The notes under the pieces were generated by a model that was given only the letters and a program-made list of their open reading frames with translations, searched no databases and was not told the DNA's origin. Positions 1 through 11,973 of a DNA stretch of 64,000 nucleotides are shown in pieces. Within the stretch, counting starts at the first letter, position 1. The number at the start of each line of letters is the position of its first letter. The DNA lies in assembly GCA_037381915.1 (NCBI GenBank), contig JARRQJ010000021.1, forward strand, positions 14,634 to 78,633, read 5' to 3'. Source of the DNA: Gammaproteobacteria bacterium (lineage in GTDB: Bacteria > Pseudomonadota > Gammaproteobacteria > DRLM01). The translations under genes were made by a program, and so were the position numbers.

Positions 1-447
1 TTCGAAAGAGGGATTTTCCGTGGTGGCGCCGATGAGGGTGACCGTGCCATCCTCCACGTAAGGGAGAAAGGCGTCCTGCTGCGACTTGTTGAAACGGTGG
101 ACCTCGTCGACGAACAACACCGTGGCCGTGCCGTCGGCGGCCCGGGCCTGCTTGGCCTGTTCTACCGCGGTGCGCACCTCCTTGACGCCGGACAGTACTG
201 CCGACAGGCCGAGGAATTGGGCCGCCACACGGCGCGCCACGAGCCGCGCCAAGGTCGTCTTACCTGTGCCGGGCGGCCCCCACAGAACCATGGAATGGAG
301 CCGGCCCTTTTCGATGGCGATACGTAATGGTTTACCGTCCCCCAACAAATGGGTCTGCCCGGCGAATTCATCCAGATCACGGGGGCGCATACGGTCGGCC
401 AAGGGCTGACCACTCATATCCGGCGTGTTGAAAAGGTCGTCCTTCAA
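1..447 (-). CDS. rarA: Replication-associated recombination protein A (RarA/MgsA AAA+ ATPase), 5' part; runs off the window start
   Basis: Not in the ORF track; manual translation gives PLADRMRP...[14 protein letters not shown]...[19 protein letters not shown]...[11 protein letters not shown]. Start is TTG 447 or ATG 417. Canonical ftsK-lolA-rarA order. Confidence 0.93.
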   Translation of the reverse strand, partial: MKDDLFNTPDMSGQPLADRMRPRDLDEFAGQTHLLGDGKPLRIAIEKGRLHSMVLWGPPGTGKTTLARLVARRVAAQFLGLSAVLSGVKEVRTAVEQAKQARAADGTATVLFVDEVHRFNKSQQDAFLPYVEDGTVTLIGATTENPSFE

Positions 448-454
448 GACGGGC

Positions 455-1084
455 TCAGTCCCCTACCACATCTACACCGGGAGGCGGCGTAAATTCAAAC
501 AGCGAGGGATCCAGGCGGGAATTGCGCTGCAGATGGGAAAATTCCAGGCGGGTGGTGTGGCCGAAATTATCCTGCAATTCCATGATGCGCAGATCATGGC
601 GGTCGAAACCCAGGCGAATATACTCGAAACTGCTGTCCTTTTGCCGGGGGGTCAGTTCCACCCATTCCAGTTTATCGATGGCGCCGAGTTCCCTTATGGT
701 GAAGCTGCTTTCCAGGGAGTCGCCGCTGCTCAACAATTGTGCCGGAGTGTTGCCTACCGCCTCACCGAGTTTTTTTACGGTGACCTGCTCCAATTCAGCA
801 TCGTACAGCCACACCTTTTTGCTGTTGGCGACGATCAACTGGTGATAGGGTGAGGTGTAGTCCCAATGAAATTTTCCGGGTCGTTGGATGGCGAAGGTCC
901 CGTGCGCCCGCTGGCTCACGTGGTTGTGCTGATCGAAGGTGGTTTGCGAGAAATCGCCCCGCAGCGAATGCACATCGTTGAAAAAGGCATGCAAGCGTTC
1001 CATGGCGATGCCGGCGTGCGCGGCAGGAACCACCACACACCACATGGAGGCGATAGCGTATACCAATTGTCTGGAAAATTTCAT
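455..1084 (-). CDS. lolA: Outer-membrane lipoprotein carrier LolA
   Basis: Signal peptide, [31 protein letters not shown]; lies between ftsK and rarA. Confidence 0.95.
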   Translation of the reverse strand: MKFSRQLVYAIASMWCVVVPAAHAGIAMERLHAFFNDVHSLRGDFSQTTFDQHNHVSQRAHGTFAIQRPGKFHWDYTSPYHQLIVANSKKVWLYDAELEQVTVKKLGEAVGNTPAQLLSSGDSLESSFTIRELGAIDKLEWVELTPRQKDSSFEYIRLGFDRHDLRIMELQDNFGHTTRLEFSHLQRNSRLDPSLFEFTPPPGVDVVGD

Positions 1085-1189
1085 TATGGATGTATGGCAA
1101 TCAATATCGAAAATAAAGGTGGCGAAGAGCAGCCGATCCCGGGACCCTATGCGACCGTGCTGGATATGCCTTTGCCGATGCGATCCAGC

Positions 1190-3508
1190 TCAATTTTCCA
1201 CTGGTGCCGGTGCCAGCACCTCTCGCATGCCGTTCGCCTGTAATGGCCCCACCACCCCGGCGCGCTCCATCTGTTCCACCATGCGCGCCGCGCGGTTATA
1301 GCCGATCTTGAAGCGCCGCTGCACCGCCGATACCGAGGCACGGCGGCTCTCGGTGACCAGCGCCACCGCCTGATCGTAGAGGGGATCGCTCTCGATGTTA
1401 TTGTCGCCTTCGCCCAGATAGCCTCCGGCGTTGCCGTTAGCGTCATTGGCGTCGCCTTCCAGGATCTCGTCCAGGTATTGGGGATCACCCTTTTGCTTGA
1501 GCTCCGCTACCACCTTGTGGACCTCCTGATCGGCCACGAAGGCGCCGTGCACCCGCACCGGCACCCCGGTGCCGGGCGCCAGATACAGCATGTCACCGTG
1601 TCCCAGCAGCTGCTCCGCACCCATTTGATCGAGAATGGTACGGGAGTCGATCTTGGAGGACACCTGGAAGGCGATACGGGTGGGGATATTGGCCTTGATC
1701 AGGCCGGTGATGACGTCTACTGACGGGCGCTGGGTGGCCAGCACCAAATGGATGCCTGCCGCCCGAGCCTTCTGCGCGAGACGGGCGATGAGCTCTTCCA
1801 CCTTCTTGCCCACCAGCATCATCATGTCCGCCAATTCGTCGATGATCACGACGATGAACGGCAGGTGCTCCAGGCTGGGCGCGGTCTGCCCTTCCAGCGG
1901 TTTGAACAGGGGATCCGGGATCGGCCGGCCGGCGTCGGCGGCCTCCTTCACCTTGCGGTTGTATCCGGCTATGTTGCGGACCCCCAGGGCCGACATCAAC
2001 CGATAGCGGCGATCCATCTCCCCCACGCACCAGCGCAGCGCGTTGGCCGCCTCTTTCATGTCCGTGACCACCGGGGCCAGCAGGTGGGGAATCCCCTGGT
2101 ATACCGACAGCTCCAGCATCTTGGGATCGATGAGGATCATGCGCACGTCCTGGGGTGAGGCCTTGAACAGGATGCTGAGGATCATGGCATTGACCGCCAC
2201 CGATTTCCCCGAACCGGTGGTCCCCGCCACCAGCAGGTGCGGCATGCGGTCCAACTCCGCCATCACCGGCTGTCCGCTGATGTCCTTGCCCAAGGCCAGA
2301 GTGAGGGGTGAGGCAGCATGATCATAGTCCTTGGAGGCCAGCAGCTCGCTGAGGCGCACCGTTTCGCGGTATTCATTGGGCACCTCCAGCCCGATCACCG
2401 ATTTGCCGGGGATGACCTCCACCACTCGCACACTGATGGCGGACAAGGCCCGCGCCAGGTCCTTCGCCAGATTGGTAATCTGGCTGACCTTGACACCAGG
2501 GGCCGGCTGCAGCTCGAAGCGGGTGATCACCGGGCCGGGGTGCACCGCCACCACCTGGGCCTCCACGCCGAAGTCACTGAGCTTCGATTCCAGCAGGCGC
2601 GACATGGCCTCCAGGGCATCGGGCGAGATGCGGTGGGCGGACGGTTCGGCTGCATCCAACAAGGACAGGGTCGGCAGGCTTCCCGGGTCGCCCACCGCCT
2701 TGAACAACGGAATCTGCCGTTCCTTCTCGACGCGGCTGCTGGGCGGGAGCTGACGGATGGTCGGTTCAATGCGCGGCGGGGCATGCGCCTTCAACTTTTT
2801 CCTTTTTGCCGCGACCCTGGGCAGCGCCTCCCGGGCGGCATCCCGGCGGGCGCGGCGTTCGACGATATATTCGCGCAGGCTCTGCCAAGCGTGCGTGAGC
2901 CACGCGACAACGTTCAAGGTGACGCGGCCGGTGGTGTCCATGAGCCATATCCATGACAGGCCGGTAAACAGGGTAACGCCAGCCAGGAACAGGGCCAGAA
3001 GAAATAACGCGGTGCCCGCCGCATTGAAAGACCTGACCAGGCCGTGGGTCACCACCTCGCCGAGCACGCCGCCGCTGTTCACCGGCAAGGACAAGGGATC
3101 CATGCCATACAAGGTGGCCAACCCGGCGCCTGCCGCCACTGTCAGGGCGAATCCCGCGCCGCGCAACGCCATCTCACGGCCGTTGCCCCGGCTCTCAGCG
3201 CCGCGACCGCGGTACAGCAACCAGGCGCTATAGCCCACCATGACGGGAAACAGGTAAGCCAGATATCCGAAGAGGAACAAAAAGGCGTCGGCGAACCAGG
3301 CGCCGGCCACGCCGCCGATATTGGCGATCTTGTCGCCGGAGCCGCTGCGCGACCAACCGGGATCGGCGGGGTTGTAACTGCTCAGGGACATCAACAGGTA
3401 GATGGCGACGGCGCCCAACACCAGCAAACCACCTTCCCGTAATCCACGGCTCATGTGACTGCTGAGAGCCATGTCGCGACCTTCCTTTTTCGATGAAGTA
3501 GTTGCCAA
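1190..3508 (-). CDS. ftsK: DNA translocase FtsK
   Basis: N-terminal TM region, [36 protein letters not shown]-terminal gamma domain (IGYNRAAR). Confidence 0.97.
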   Translation of the reverse strand: MATTSSKKEGRDMALSSHMSRGLREGGLLVLGAVAIYLLMSLSSYNPADPGWSRSGSGDKIANIGGVAGAWFADAFLFLFGYLAYLFPVMVGYSAWLLYRGRGAESRGNGREMALRGAGFALTVAAGAGLATLYGMDPLSLPVNSGGVLGEVVTHGLVRSFNAAGTALFLLALFLAGVTLFTGLSWIWLMDTTGRVTLNVVAWLTHAWQSLREYIVERRARRDAAREALPRVAAKRKKLKAHAPPRIEPTIRQLPPSSRVEKERQIPLFKAVGDPGSLPTLSLLDAAEPSAHRISPDALEAMSRLLESKLSDFGVEAQVVAVHPGPVITRFELQPAPGVKVSQITNLAKDLARALSAISVRVVEVIPGKSVIGLEVPNEYRETVRLSELLASKDYDHAASPLTLALGKDISGQPVMAELDRMPHLLVAGTTGSGKSVAVNAMILSILFKASPQDVRMILIDPKMLELSVYQGIPHLLAPVVTDMKEAANALRWCVGEMDRRYRLMSALGVRNIAGYNRKVKEAADAGRPIPDPLFKPLEGQTAPSLEHLPFIVVIIDELADMMMLVGKKVEELIARLAQKARAAGIHLVLATQRPSVDVITGLIKANIPTRIAFQVSSKIDSRTILDQMGAEQLLGHGDMLYLAPGTGVPVRVHGAFVADQEVHKVVAELKQKGDPQYLDEILEGDANDANGNAGGYLGEGDNNIESDPLYDQAVALVTESRRASVSAVQRRFKIGYNRAARMVEQMERAGVVGPLQANGMREVLAPAPVEN

Positions 3509-3714
3509 TACCCTGGTCCTGGTTACTCTCTTTCGGTTCCGACCGCTGTCAACTGAGCTAAACCGCTGCTATTTTAATGAATATCACGCGAATAGTGAAC
3601 GGCGGCGGGGACGTCCGCAGGGCGCGGCCCCCGGTTGCGGCTTTACCATGCCCCGGGCTTTGCGTAACATGAGCGGCCTTCCGCATCGTCCCCTGGTGCC
3701 CTGGCCGAATATGA

Positions 3715-4698
<984 letters not shown>

Positions 4699-4779
4699 CG
4701 CCGCGCACTTGCCGCTGACCAACAGCCCCTTGCCCTGCCGCCCCGGCATCACCGGAATAACGGCATGCCGCACCGCCGA

Positions 4780-5610
4780 TCACGGCACGATACTGTCCTT
4801 CCCCAAGCGCATGGTGCGCGCCGAAAATACTTCGTCCTTCAACCCGGAGTTCAGCTTGATATCGGTGATATCCAGGACGGTGCGCTCGTCGGTGATGAGA
4901 TTTTCCCCCACCACCTGTTTCCATACCCAGTCCTTGCCGATCCGTTTCCATGTGATGGTCTGGCGCTTTATGAGCAGGCCCGTCGGATCGTAATAATCGA
5001 TACGTTCGGGAAGAAAATTATCCCGGGTGATCCAGCGCCGGGTCTTCTGATAGGGGTAATCTCGGCTGACGCTCTTAGGTACGCTCTCCACGACAAAATC
5101 ATCATGACCGTTGAATACCTCGTCTTTTAACAGGGTATGCTCGTCCAGGTCGGGTTTCCGTGGAGCCAGATCCACTTCGGTCAGGACCGAATGGGCAAAA
5201 TCGTCATTCTGATCGTGATGACTGTGACGCTCGCTTGGGGTTACTTTGCGCACCATGCGCAGCTCCGGCAAGTACATCCACTCATCGGGTCTTTTGTGCG
5301 CATACATCCAGATCATAAAGGATTTCCCTCTGTCATCCGGCGGGTATTCGCTGAAGAAGATCACCTTGTCGTTCACACCCTCACGGCCACCGTATTCCTT
5401 CCATGCCATTGTGTATACAAGCTTTCTTTCCGTGCCGTCGGATTTTTTGAAGCGAAAGCTCAGGCGCGATATGCTGTCGTCACCACCCTCAATTTCCGAT
5501 GACTTTTTGACGATCTCGGCGGCGGTGGGCCCGGCCCCGGCATGCACAGGGATACTCCATAGCGATATTGCGATTAAAATACCTGCTATGCTAAGCATTG
5601 ACCGCGACAT
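4780..5610 (-). CDS. LolA-like outer-membrane lipoprotein-sorting family protein (secreted)
   Basis: SD GGAGGG before ATG 5610, signal peptide, WMYLPELRMVRKV, YYDPTG.LIK and D..FS motifs typical of the LolA_like family. Confidence 0.7.
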   Translation of the reverse strand: MSRSMLSIAGILIAISLWSIPVHAGAGPTAAEIVKKSSEIEGGDDSISRLSFRFKKSDGTERKLVYTMAWKEYGGREGVNDKVIFFSEYPPDDRGKSFMIWMYAHKRPDEWMYLPELRMVRKVTPSERHSHHDQNDDFAHSVLTEVDLAPRKPDLDEHTLLKDEVFNGHDDFVVESVPKSVSRDYPYQKTRRWITRDNFLPERIDYYDPTGLLIKRQTITWKRIGKDWVWKQVVGENLITDERTVLDITDIKLNSGLKDEVFSARTMRLGKDSIVP

Positions 5611-5738
5611 TCCCTTCCCTCCGCTGCTGTAAGGCTCGATGATTGTTGTGAAAGATATCGAAGGCATTATGCGCTGTTTGTTAAGAATGGACACCGCCCC
5701 CTGACACCACTTTCTCACCAGAGATATACAATACCAGC

Positions 5739-6878
5739 ATGCGTATAACGTCTTTGAGTTGCATTGACGAAGTCAGCCAGGAATCCTGGAACGCCTTAAC
5801 TAGTTTATCCAACCCGTTTATAAGGCACGAATTTTTGTGCTCGCTGGAACATGCCGGCTGCGTGGTCCCCGAAACCGGTTGGGCCCCCTGCCACCTCGTC
5901 GCGACGGAGGGAAATCGCTTGTTGGGCGCCTTGCCGCTCTATCTCAAGCACCACTCCTGGGGAGAGTTCGTCTTCGATTTCGCCTGGGCAGAGGCCTATG
6001 AACGCAGCAGTAAGGCGTATTATCCCAAAATCATCAATGCCGTCCCCTATACGCCGGCCACGGGGCCGCGCTTCTTGGTAGGGTCTTCCCCCGACGCCGC
6101 CCGGGTCAAACAGGCCCTGTTAGAAGCGGCCCGGGAGCTGGTGGTGGAGCGCAAGGCCTCCTCGCTGCACTGCCTCTTCACCACGACCGACGACAGCGAA
6201 TTCCTGGCGTCCCATGATTTCCTGCTACGCCTGGGGTGCCAGTATCATTGGCAAAATCAGAATTACGGCGACTTCGACGACTTCCTCGGCGACTTTACCG
6301 CGGACAAACGCAAGAAGGTGAAACGGGAACGACGCCGCATTCAGGAGGCCGGCATCGAGACCCTCATGCTCGAGGGCGATGAGATAAGCCCCGATCTGTG
6401 GGAGGTGTTCTATCGCTTCTATTATGGAACGGTGTTGCGCAAGAGCGGTTACGCGCCGCTGTCCTTGGAATTCTTTCTCAGCCTGGGACGGGCCATGCCG
6501 GAGAACGTGGTATTGGGGTTGGCGCGCCACCGGGGAGACTATGTGGCGGCGGCCCTCAGCTTACGTGGCGAGGATAGTCTGTACGGCCGCTATTGGGGGG
6601 CGTCCAATGATTTTCACAGCCTGCACTTCGAATTGTGCTATTACACGGGAATCGAGTATTGCATCCAACACGGTCTGCAACGCTTCGAACCGGGCGCCCA
6701 GGGAGAACATAAGATCAGCAGAGGTTTTCTACCGACCCCTACCTATTCCAACCACTGGCTTGCGGATCCCATTTTTCAGCGAGCCATCGGCATCTCCCTG
6801 GAACGGGAACAGGAACAGATGCGTTACCGCATCAGGGAACTCAGCAGCCATGCCCCATATAAAACTATTCACTCTTGA
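5739..6878 (+). CDS. FemAB-like GNAT-fold protein (COG3146 type)
   Basis: HSWGEFVFDFAWA, LYGRYWG, LHFELCYY, FEPGAQGEHK.RGF motifs. Confidence 0.85.
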   Translation: MRITSLSCIDEVSQESWNALTSLSNPFIRHEFLCSLEHAGCVVPETGWAPCHLVATEGNRLLGALPLYLKHHSWGEFVFDFAWAEAYERSSKAYYPKIINAVPYTPATGPRFLVGSSPDAARVKQALLEAARELVVERKASSLHCLFTTTDDSEFLASHDFLLRLGCQYHWQNQNYGDFDDFLGDFTADKRKKVKRERRRIQEAGIETLMLEGDEISPDLWEVFYRFYYGTVLRKSGYAPLSLEFFLSLGRAMPENVVLGLARHRGDYVAAALSLRGEDSLYGRYWGASNDFHSLHFELCYYTGIEYCIQHGLQRFEPGAQGEHKISRGFLPTPTYSNHWLADPIFQRAIGISLEREQEQMRYRIRELSSHAPYKTIHS

Positions 6879-6890
6879 GCGTCGTCAATA

Positions 6891-7604
6891 ATGGTATCTC
6901 CGCATCCCTTGCTATGGTTGGATTCCAAGGGCGGCGCCACGGCATTCCCCGATGTCGAACTTGCCCTCAAGGAACCTAACGGTCTCTTGGCCATAGGCGG
7001 CGATCTATCGCCGCCCCGGCTGCTGCATGCCTATCGCCATGGAATCTTCCCCTGGTACAGCCATGATCAACCTATCTTGTGGTGGTCGCCCGAGCCGCGC
7101 AGCGTGCTCTACCCACAGCGGTTGCGGATATCGCGCAGCCTGCGCCGGACCTTGAAGAAGAATATCTTCACCGTGACGACCGACATCGCGTTTCGTCGCG
7201 TCATAGAGGCTTGCGCCGAACCGCGCGACGCCGCTGGAGGCACCTGGCTCACCGCTGAAATGATTGAGGCCTACAGCCGCCTGCACACCATGGGGTACGC
7301 CCACTCGGTGGAAGCGTGGTATGAAGGCGAATTGGCGGGAGGGATCTATGGCGTCAGTCTTGGAAAAATATTCTTCGGTGAGTCCATGTTCACCCGGCGC
7401 CCCGATGCATCGAAGGTGGCCTTTGTCCGGCTGATCCAGTACTTGCAGCGGCAGGGGTTCGCCTTGATCGATTGCCAGGTACCGTCCGCGCATCTGGCCA
7501 GTCTGGGAGCGGAGACTATCCCGCGCCGCGACTTCGTTGCATGCCTAAACCGTTATTGCGACCAGCCGACACCCTGGGCGGCATGGAGTGATGCCGATGG
7601 ATAA
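6891..7604 (+). CDS. aat: Leucyl/phenylalanyl-tRNA-protein transferase
   Basis: [42 protein letters not shown]. Confidence 0.96.
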   Translation: MVSPHPLLWLDSKGGATAFPDVELALKEPNGLLAIGGDLSPPRLLHAYRHGIFPWYSHDQPILWWSPEPRSVLYPQRLRISRSLRRTLKKNIFTVTTDIAFRRVIEACAEPRDAAGGTWLTAEMIEAYSRLHTMGYAHSVEAWYEGELAGGIYGVSLGKIFFGESMFTRRPDASKVAFVRLIQYLQRQGFALIDCQVPSAHLASLGAETIPRRDFVACLNRYCDQPTPWAAWSDADG

Positions 7605-8352
7605 CGCCAACGAACAGCGTCCCTTCGACGGCAATAGTCACACGATCCGGCTGTATGCCAGCCCGCCGCATGCCTGCGCCTACCTGGAGCAACGGGAAGC
7701 CGTCACCCAATTCATCGATCCTTCCCAGACCATGCATACGCAGTTATACGGCCAACTCGTCGAGCTCGGTTTTCGCCGGAGCGGAGAGTATGTCTACCGT
7801 CCGCGTTGTTATACATGCCAAGCCTGTCTGCCGGCACGGATACCCACCGGCGCGTTTCAACCGTCCCGGAGCCAACGCCGCGTCTGGAAGCGCAACCGGG
7901 ATCTTGACGTAAGGCTGGTGCCCGCCACCTTTCAGGAACGGCATTTCAGCCTCTACCGCCGCTATATCAGCACCCGTCACGCCGGCGGGGATATGGACGT
8001 CACCAATCCGGAACAGTACCGGGAATTCTTACTGAGCAGCTGGGCCGACACCTGGTGCTATGAATTCCTGGTGGGCCCTCGATTGGTGGCGGTGGCGGTG
8101 ATTGATCGCCTCCCGGCGGGGCTTTCGGCGGTGTACACCTTTTTCGATCCCGACTATGCCGATCGGGGCTTGGGAACCTACGCCGTATTGTGGGAAATTT
8201 CCGAAGCCCGCAAGAGCGGCCTGCCTTGGCTGTACCTGGGGTATTGGATCGAAGAGTGCCCTAAAATGAGCTACAAGAACCGCTTCCGTCCCCTGGAAAT
8301 CTACCAAGACGGGCTGTGGCGGGCCCTGCCAGCCGATGACAGGCCGGCCTGA
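7597..8352 (+). CDS. bpt: Aspartate/glutamate leucyltransferase (ATE1-like, arginyltransferase family)
   Basis: [40 protein letters not shown]; overlaps the aat stop. Confidence 0.92.
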   Translation: MDNANEQRPFDGNSHTIRLYASPPHACAYLEQREAVTQFIDPSQTMHTQLYGQLVELGFRRSGEYVYRPRCYTCQACLPARIPTGAFQPSRSQRRVWKRNRDLDVRLVPATFQERHFSLYRRYISTRHAGGDMDVTNPEQYREFLLSSWADTWCYEFLVGPRLVAVAVIDRLPAGLSAVYTFFDPDYADRGLGTYAVLWEISEARKSGLPWLYLGYWIEECPKMSYKNRFRPLEIYQDGLWRALPADDRPA

Positions 8353-8464
8353 CGGGCGCCGTTTCCCTGCCGCCGCAAAATCATCCCCATACCTTTGAAA
8401 AATTCCTCAAGTTGGGGCAATATGCGCCTTCTGAATTTAGCGACTCGAGGAGCAAACCTAAAAC

Positions 8465-8683
8465 ATGGCCAAAGAAGACCATATCGAGATGGAGGGCACG
8501 GTAATCGAAACCTTGCCCAATACGATGTTCCGCGTAGAACTAGAAAATGGTCACATAGTCACCGCACATATTTCAGGTAAGATGCGCAAGCACTATATCC
8601 GTATCTTGACCGGCGACAAGGTCACCGTGCAGCTGACCCCCTATGACCTCACCAAGGGCCGTATCAGTTTTCGCGCCCGCTGA
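8465..8683 (+). CDS. infA: Translation initiation factor IF-1
   Basis: [11 protein letters not shown]...[14 protein letters not shown]...SGKMR; 72 aa. Confidence 0.99.
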   Translation: MAKEDHIEMEGTVIETLPNTMFRVELENGHIVTAHISGKMRKHYIRILTGDKVTVQLTPYDLTKGRISFRAR

Positions 8684-8770
8684 CCCACTTATCGACCTTC
8701 AGTCATCTGCCGCCGCGGCGCCGATCCCCACTCCCCTCCCCTGGACCCGCATGATGGGAGCGACCAGGGA

Positions 8771-11041
8771 TTAAGCGTGAGCGATCTCTTCGTTGGGTTG
8801 GAACTCGAACGCGAGCTGACCATCTCTAATGGTGATAACCACATGCCCGCCGCTGGCGAGTTTCCCGAAGAGTAACTCTCCCGCAAGCGGCTTCTTGATG
8901 TGCTCCTGAATCACGCGCGTCATGGGCCTGGCGCCCATCTGCGGATCAAACCCGTGTTGCGCCAACCAGGTCCGTGCCTCCTGATCGACTTCCACCGTGA
9001 CGTTCTTCTCTTCCAACTGGGCTTCCAACTCGGCGATGAATTTGTCGACCACATGAGCGATCGTGCCAGCATCCAGGGACTTGAATTGGATAATACCGTC
9101 CAGGCGATTGCGGAACTCCGGGGTGAAGGTCTTTTTAATCACTTCGATGCTGTCGCTGACATGATCCTGTTGGGTGAAGCCCATGGAACGGCGGCTAATC
9201 TGCTCGCTGCCGGCATTGGTGGTCATGATCAGGATCACGTTGCGGAAGTCCGCCTTGCGCCCGTTATTGTCGGTAAGGGTGCCGTGGTCCATGACCTGCA
9301 GCAACAGATTATAGACATCGGGATGGGCTTTCTCGATTTCGTCCAGCAGCAGCACCGCGTGGGGTTGCTTGTTCACGGCCTCGGTGAGGAGGCCGCCCTG
9401 ATCGAATCCCACATAACCGGGTGGGGCACCGATCAGGCGCGACACCGTATGGCGCTCCATATATTCGGACATGTCGAAACGGATCAGTTCGATCCCCATC
9501 ACCTTGGCCAGTTGCCGCGAGACCTCGGTCTTGCCCACGCCGGTAGGGCCGGCGAACAGGAATGAGCCGATGGGTTTCTGCGTGTTGCCTAAACCGGAGC
9601 GGGACATTTTGATGGCGGAGGACAGCGCCTCGATTGCCTCATCCTGGCCGTACACCACCAATTTGAGATCCCGTTCCAGGGTCCGCAGGGCATCCTTGTC
9701 GGAAGCGGAGACGTTCTTGGTGGGGATACGGGCGATTTTCGCCACGATGTTCTCGATATCCACCACACCGATGGTCTTCTTGCGCCTGGAGGCCGGCAAC
9801 AGATGCTGGGTGGCACCGGCCTCGTCGATCACATCGATGGCCTTGTCGGGCAGATGGCGATCGTTGATGTAGCGGTCCGACAATTCCACAGCGGCGCGCA
9901 GGGCGGCACGGGAATACTTCACCCCGTGGTGTTCCTCAAAGCGGGATTTCAGGCCGCGCAGGATATGCACCGTGTCCTCCACCGACGGTTCACCCACGTC
10001 GATTTTCTGAAAACGCCGCGCCAACGCGCGGTCCTTCTCGAAAATTCCCCGGAATTCCTGGTAAGTGGTAGAACCGATGCAGCGCAGCTTGCCGGATGAC
10101 AACACCGGTTTGATGAGATTGGAGGCATCCATGACGCCGCCCGAAGCGGCGCCGGCGCCGATGATGGTATGGATCTCATCGATAAACAGGATACTGCCCG
10201 ACTCGCGGGCCAATTGCGCCAGTACCGCCTTCAGCCGCTTCTCGAAATCGCCGCGATATTTGGTGCCGGCCAGCAACGCGCCCATATCCAGAGAATATAT
10301 CGTGGCGTCGGTCAGTACGTTGGGGACCTTGCCCTCCACGATCCTCCTGGCCAGACCTTCCGCCAGCGCGGTCTTACCGACTCCCGCCTCCCCCACCAGC
10401 AGGGGATTGTTTTTGCGCCGGCGGCACAGGATCTGGATGATGCGCTCGATTTCATAATCGCGGCCAATCAGGGGATCGATCTTGTCCTGACGGGCCAACT
10501 CATTGAGATTAGAGGCAAAATTCTCCAAGGGGGACCGGGATGGCGATTCGATGTTTTCTTCTTCGTCCCCCGTGAAGGAGATACTTTCCGGTTCGTCCTC
10601 TTCCCCGGGGATCTTGGAAATACCATGGGAGATATAGTTCACGATATCCAGGCGGGTAACGTTCTGCTTATGCAGGAGATACACGGCTTGGGAATCCTGC
10701 TCGCTGAAAATCGCCACCAGGACATTGGCGCCGGTCACCTCTTTCTTGCCGGAGGATTGCACGTGAAAGACCGCCCGCTGCAGTACCCGCTGAAACCCCA
10801 GGGTCGGCTGGATTTCCCTGCCATCATTGGGGGCGAGATGCGGGGTAGTCTCGTCGATAAACGCGGTCAGTTCCTTTTTTAGCTGCTCGAGATTGGACCC
10901 GCAGGCCTTCAGCACTTTCACCGCGGCGCTGTTATTGAGCAGGGCCAATAGCAGGTGCTCCACGGTTACGAATTCATGAAGGTTTTCCCGCGCATCGCGA
11001 AAAACGGTATTCAGTGTTTGCTCTAAATCTTGACTTAACAT
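8771..11041 (-). CDS. clpA: ATP-dependent Clp protease ATP-binding subunit ClpA
   Basis: MLSQDLE start at 11041; two Walker A motifs (GEAGVGKT, GPTGVGKT); downstream of clpS. Confidence 0.98.
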   Translation of the reverse strand: MLSQDLEQTLNTVFRDARENLHEFVTVEHLLLALLNNSAAVKVLKACGSNLEQLKKELTAFIDETTPHLAPNDGREIQPTLGFQRVLQRAVFHVQSSGKKEVTGANVLVAIFSEQDSQAVYLLHKQNVTRLDIVNYISHGISKIPGEEDEPESISFTGDEEENIESPSRSPLENFASNLNELARQDKIDPLIGRDYEIERIIQILCRRRKNNPLLVGEAGVGKTALAEGLARRIVEGKVPNVLTDATIYSLDMGALLAGTKYRGDFEKRLKAVLAQLARESGSILFIDEIHTIIGAGAASGGVMDASNLIKPVLSSGKLRCIGSTTYQEFRGIFEKDRALARRFQKIDVGEPSVEDTVHILRGLKSRFEEHHGVKYSRAALRAAVELSDRYINDRHLPDKAIDVIDEAGATQHLLPASRRKKTIGVVDIENIVAKIARIPTKNVSASDKDALRTLERDLKLVVYGQDEAIEALSSAIKMSRSGLGNTQKPIGSFLFAGPTGVGKTEVSRQLAKVMGIELIRFDMSEYMERHTVSRLIGAPPGYVGFDQGGLLTEAVNKQPHAVLLLDEIEKAHPDVYNLLLQVMDHGTLTDNNGRKADFRNVILIMTTNAGSEQISRRSMGFTQQDHVSDSIEVIKKTFTPEFRNRLDGIIQFKSLDAGTIAHVVDKFIAELEAQLEEKNVTVEVDQEARTWLAQHGFDPQMGARPMTRVIQEHIKKPLAGELLFGKLASGGHVVITIRDGQLAFEFQPNEEIAHA

Positions 11042-11070
11042 GAAGTTACTCCAACTTCCTAATGTAACTC

Positions 11071-11397
11071 CTAAGCCTTCTCCATAGTGCACAGGAGCGG
11101 GTGTTGATTTTCCCTGGAATAATTATTTACCTGATGGACCTTGGTTTCCGCCACATCCCGGGTATAGACACCGCATACACCCATCCCTCGGGTATGCACG
11201 TGCAACATGATCTCAGTGGCCTTCCCCATGTCCATTCCAAAAAACCTCTGTAATACCTCCACTACGAAATCCATGGGCGTAAAGTCATCATTCACGATAA
11301 TAACCTTATAGAGGGGGGGTTGCTTCAGCTTCGGTTTTACCGCCTCAACCGCTAAGCCGTCCCCGTCCTGCCCTCCACCCGGACGATGAGTGCTCAT
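11071..11397 (-). CDS. clpS: ClpAP adaptor ClpS
   Basis: [33 protein letters not shown]. Confidence 0.97.
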   Translation of the reverse strand: MSTHRPGGGQDGDGLAVEAVKPKLKQPPLYKVIIVNDDFTPMDFVVEVLQRFFGMDMGKATEIMLHVHTRGMGVCGVYTRDVAETKVHQVNNYSRENQHPLLCTMEKA

Positions 11398-11661
11398 AGT
11401 TCCCACCTACTATAACGAACCAAAAACCAAATCCCTTGAGCCATAGGCCCCATTATTGAGACATCTGCCGCCCCAAGGCATTCCTAACACCATAAAAATA
11501 CCAGGAATCTTGACAATAATACTAACTTCGACGACAGTGTCCAATGTAAAGTTCTGTTGCTCATGACGTATCGAGCTGGGAGGGAGGTCCGATGCGGTAC
11601 GAGGATCTCTAGCGATGTGGTAACGGCGGAGGGGCCGTCGCAATGCAAGAGAGGGTCAGCA

Positions 11662-11877
11662 ATGAAAACCGCGACCGGGGTCGTTAAATGGTTCAGCAAT
11701 GTAAAGGGTTACGGCTTCATTACTCCTGATGAGGGGGAAGAGGAGATATTTGCCCATTTCTCCGCGATAGAAATGGAAGGATATCGAACTTTAAAACAGG
11801 GCCAGAAGGTGGAATTCCAAATACAGCAAGGGCCTAAGGGTTGGATGGCCTCGAGCATCCGTCCCGCTAGCAACTGA
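11662..11877 (+). CDS. cspD: Cold-shock domain protein CspD
   Basis: TGVVKWFSNVKGYGFI, FAHFSAI; divergent from clpS as in the usual cspD-clpS-clpA arrangement; SD GAGGG before ATG 11662. Confidence 0.9.
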   Translation: MKTATGVVKWFSNVKGYGFITPDEGEEEIFAHFSAIEMEGYRTLKQGQKVEFQIQQGPKGWMASSIRPASN

Positions 11878-11912
11878 CACCTTCAGAGGCTAGCCCCTTT
11901 TCCGATCAATTG

Positions 11913-11948
11913 CCGGTCCATTTTCATGGCGACATGGAAATGGACCGG
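11913..11948. terminator. Hairpin between convergent cspD and icd
   Basis: CCGGTCCATTTTCATG-GCGA-CATGGAAATGGACCGG near-perfect inverted repeat; no long U tract. Confidence 0.5.
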
Positions 11949-11973
11949 GATGGAGCGTTACGTGTTCTACTAA

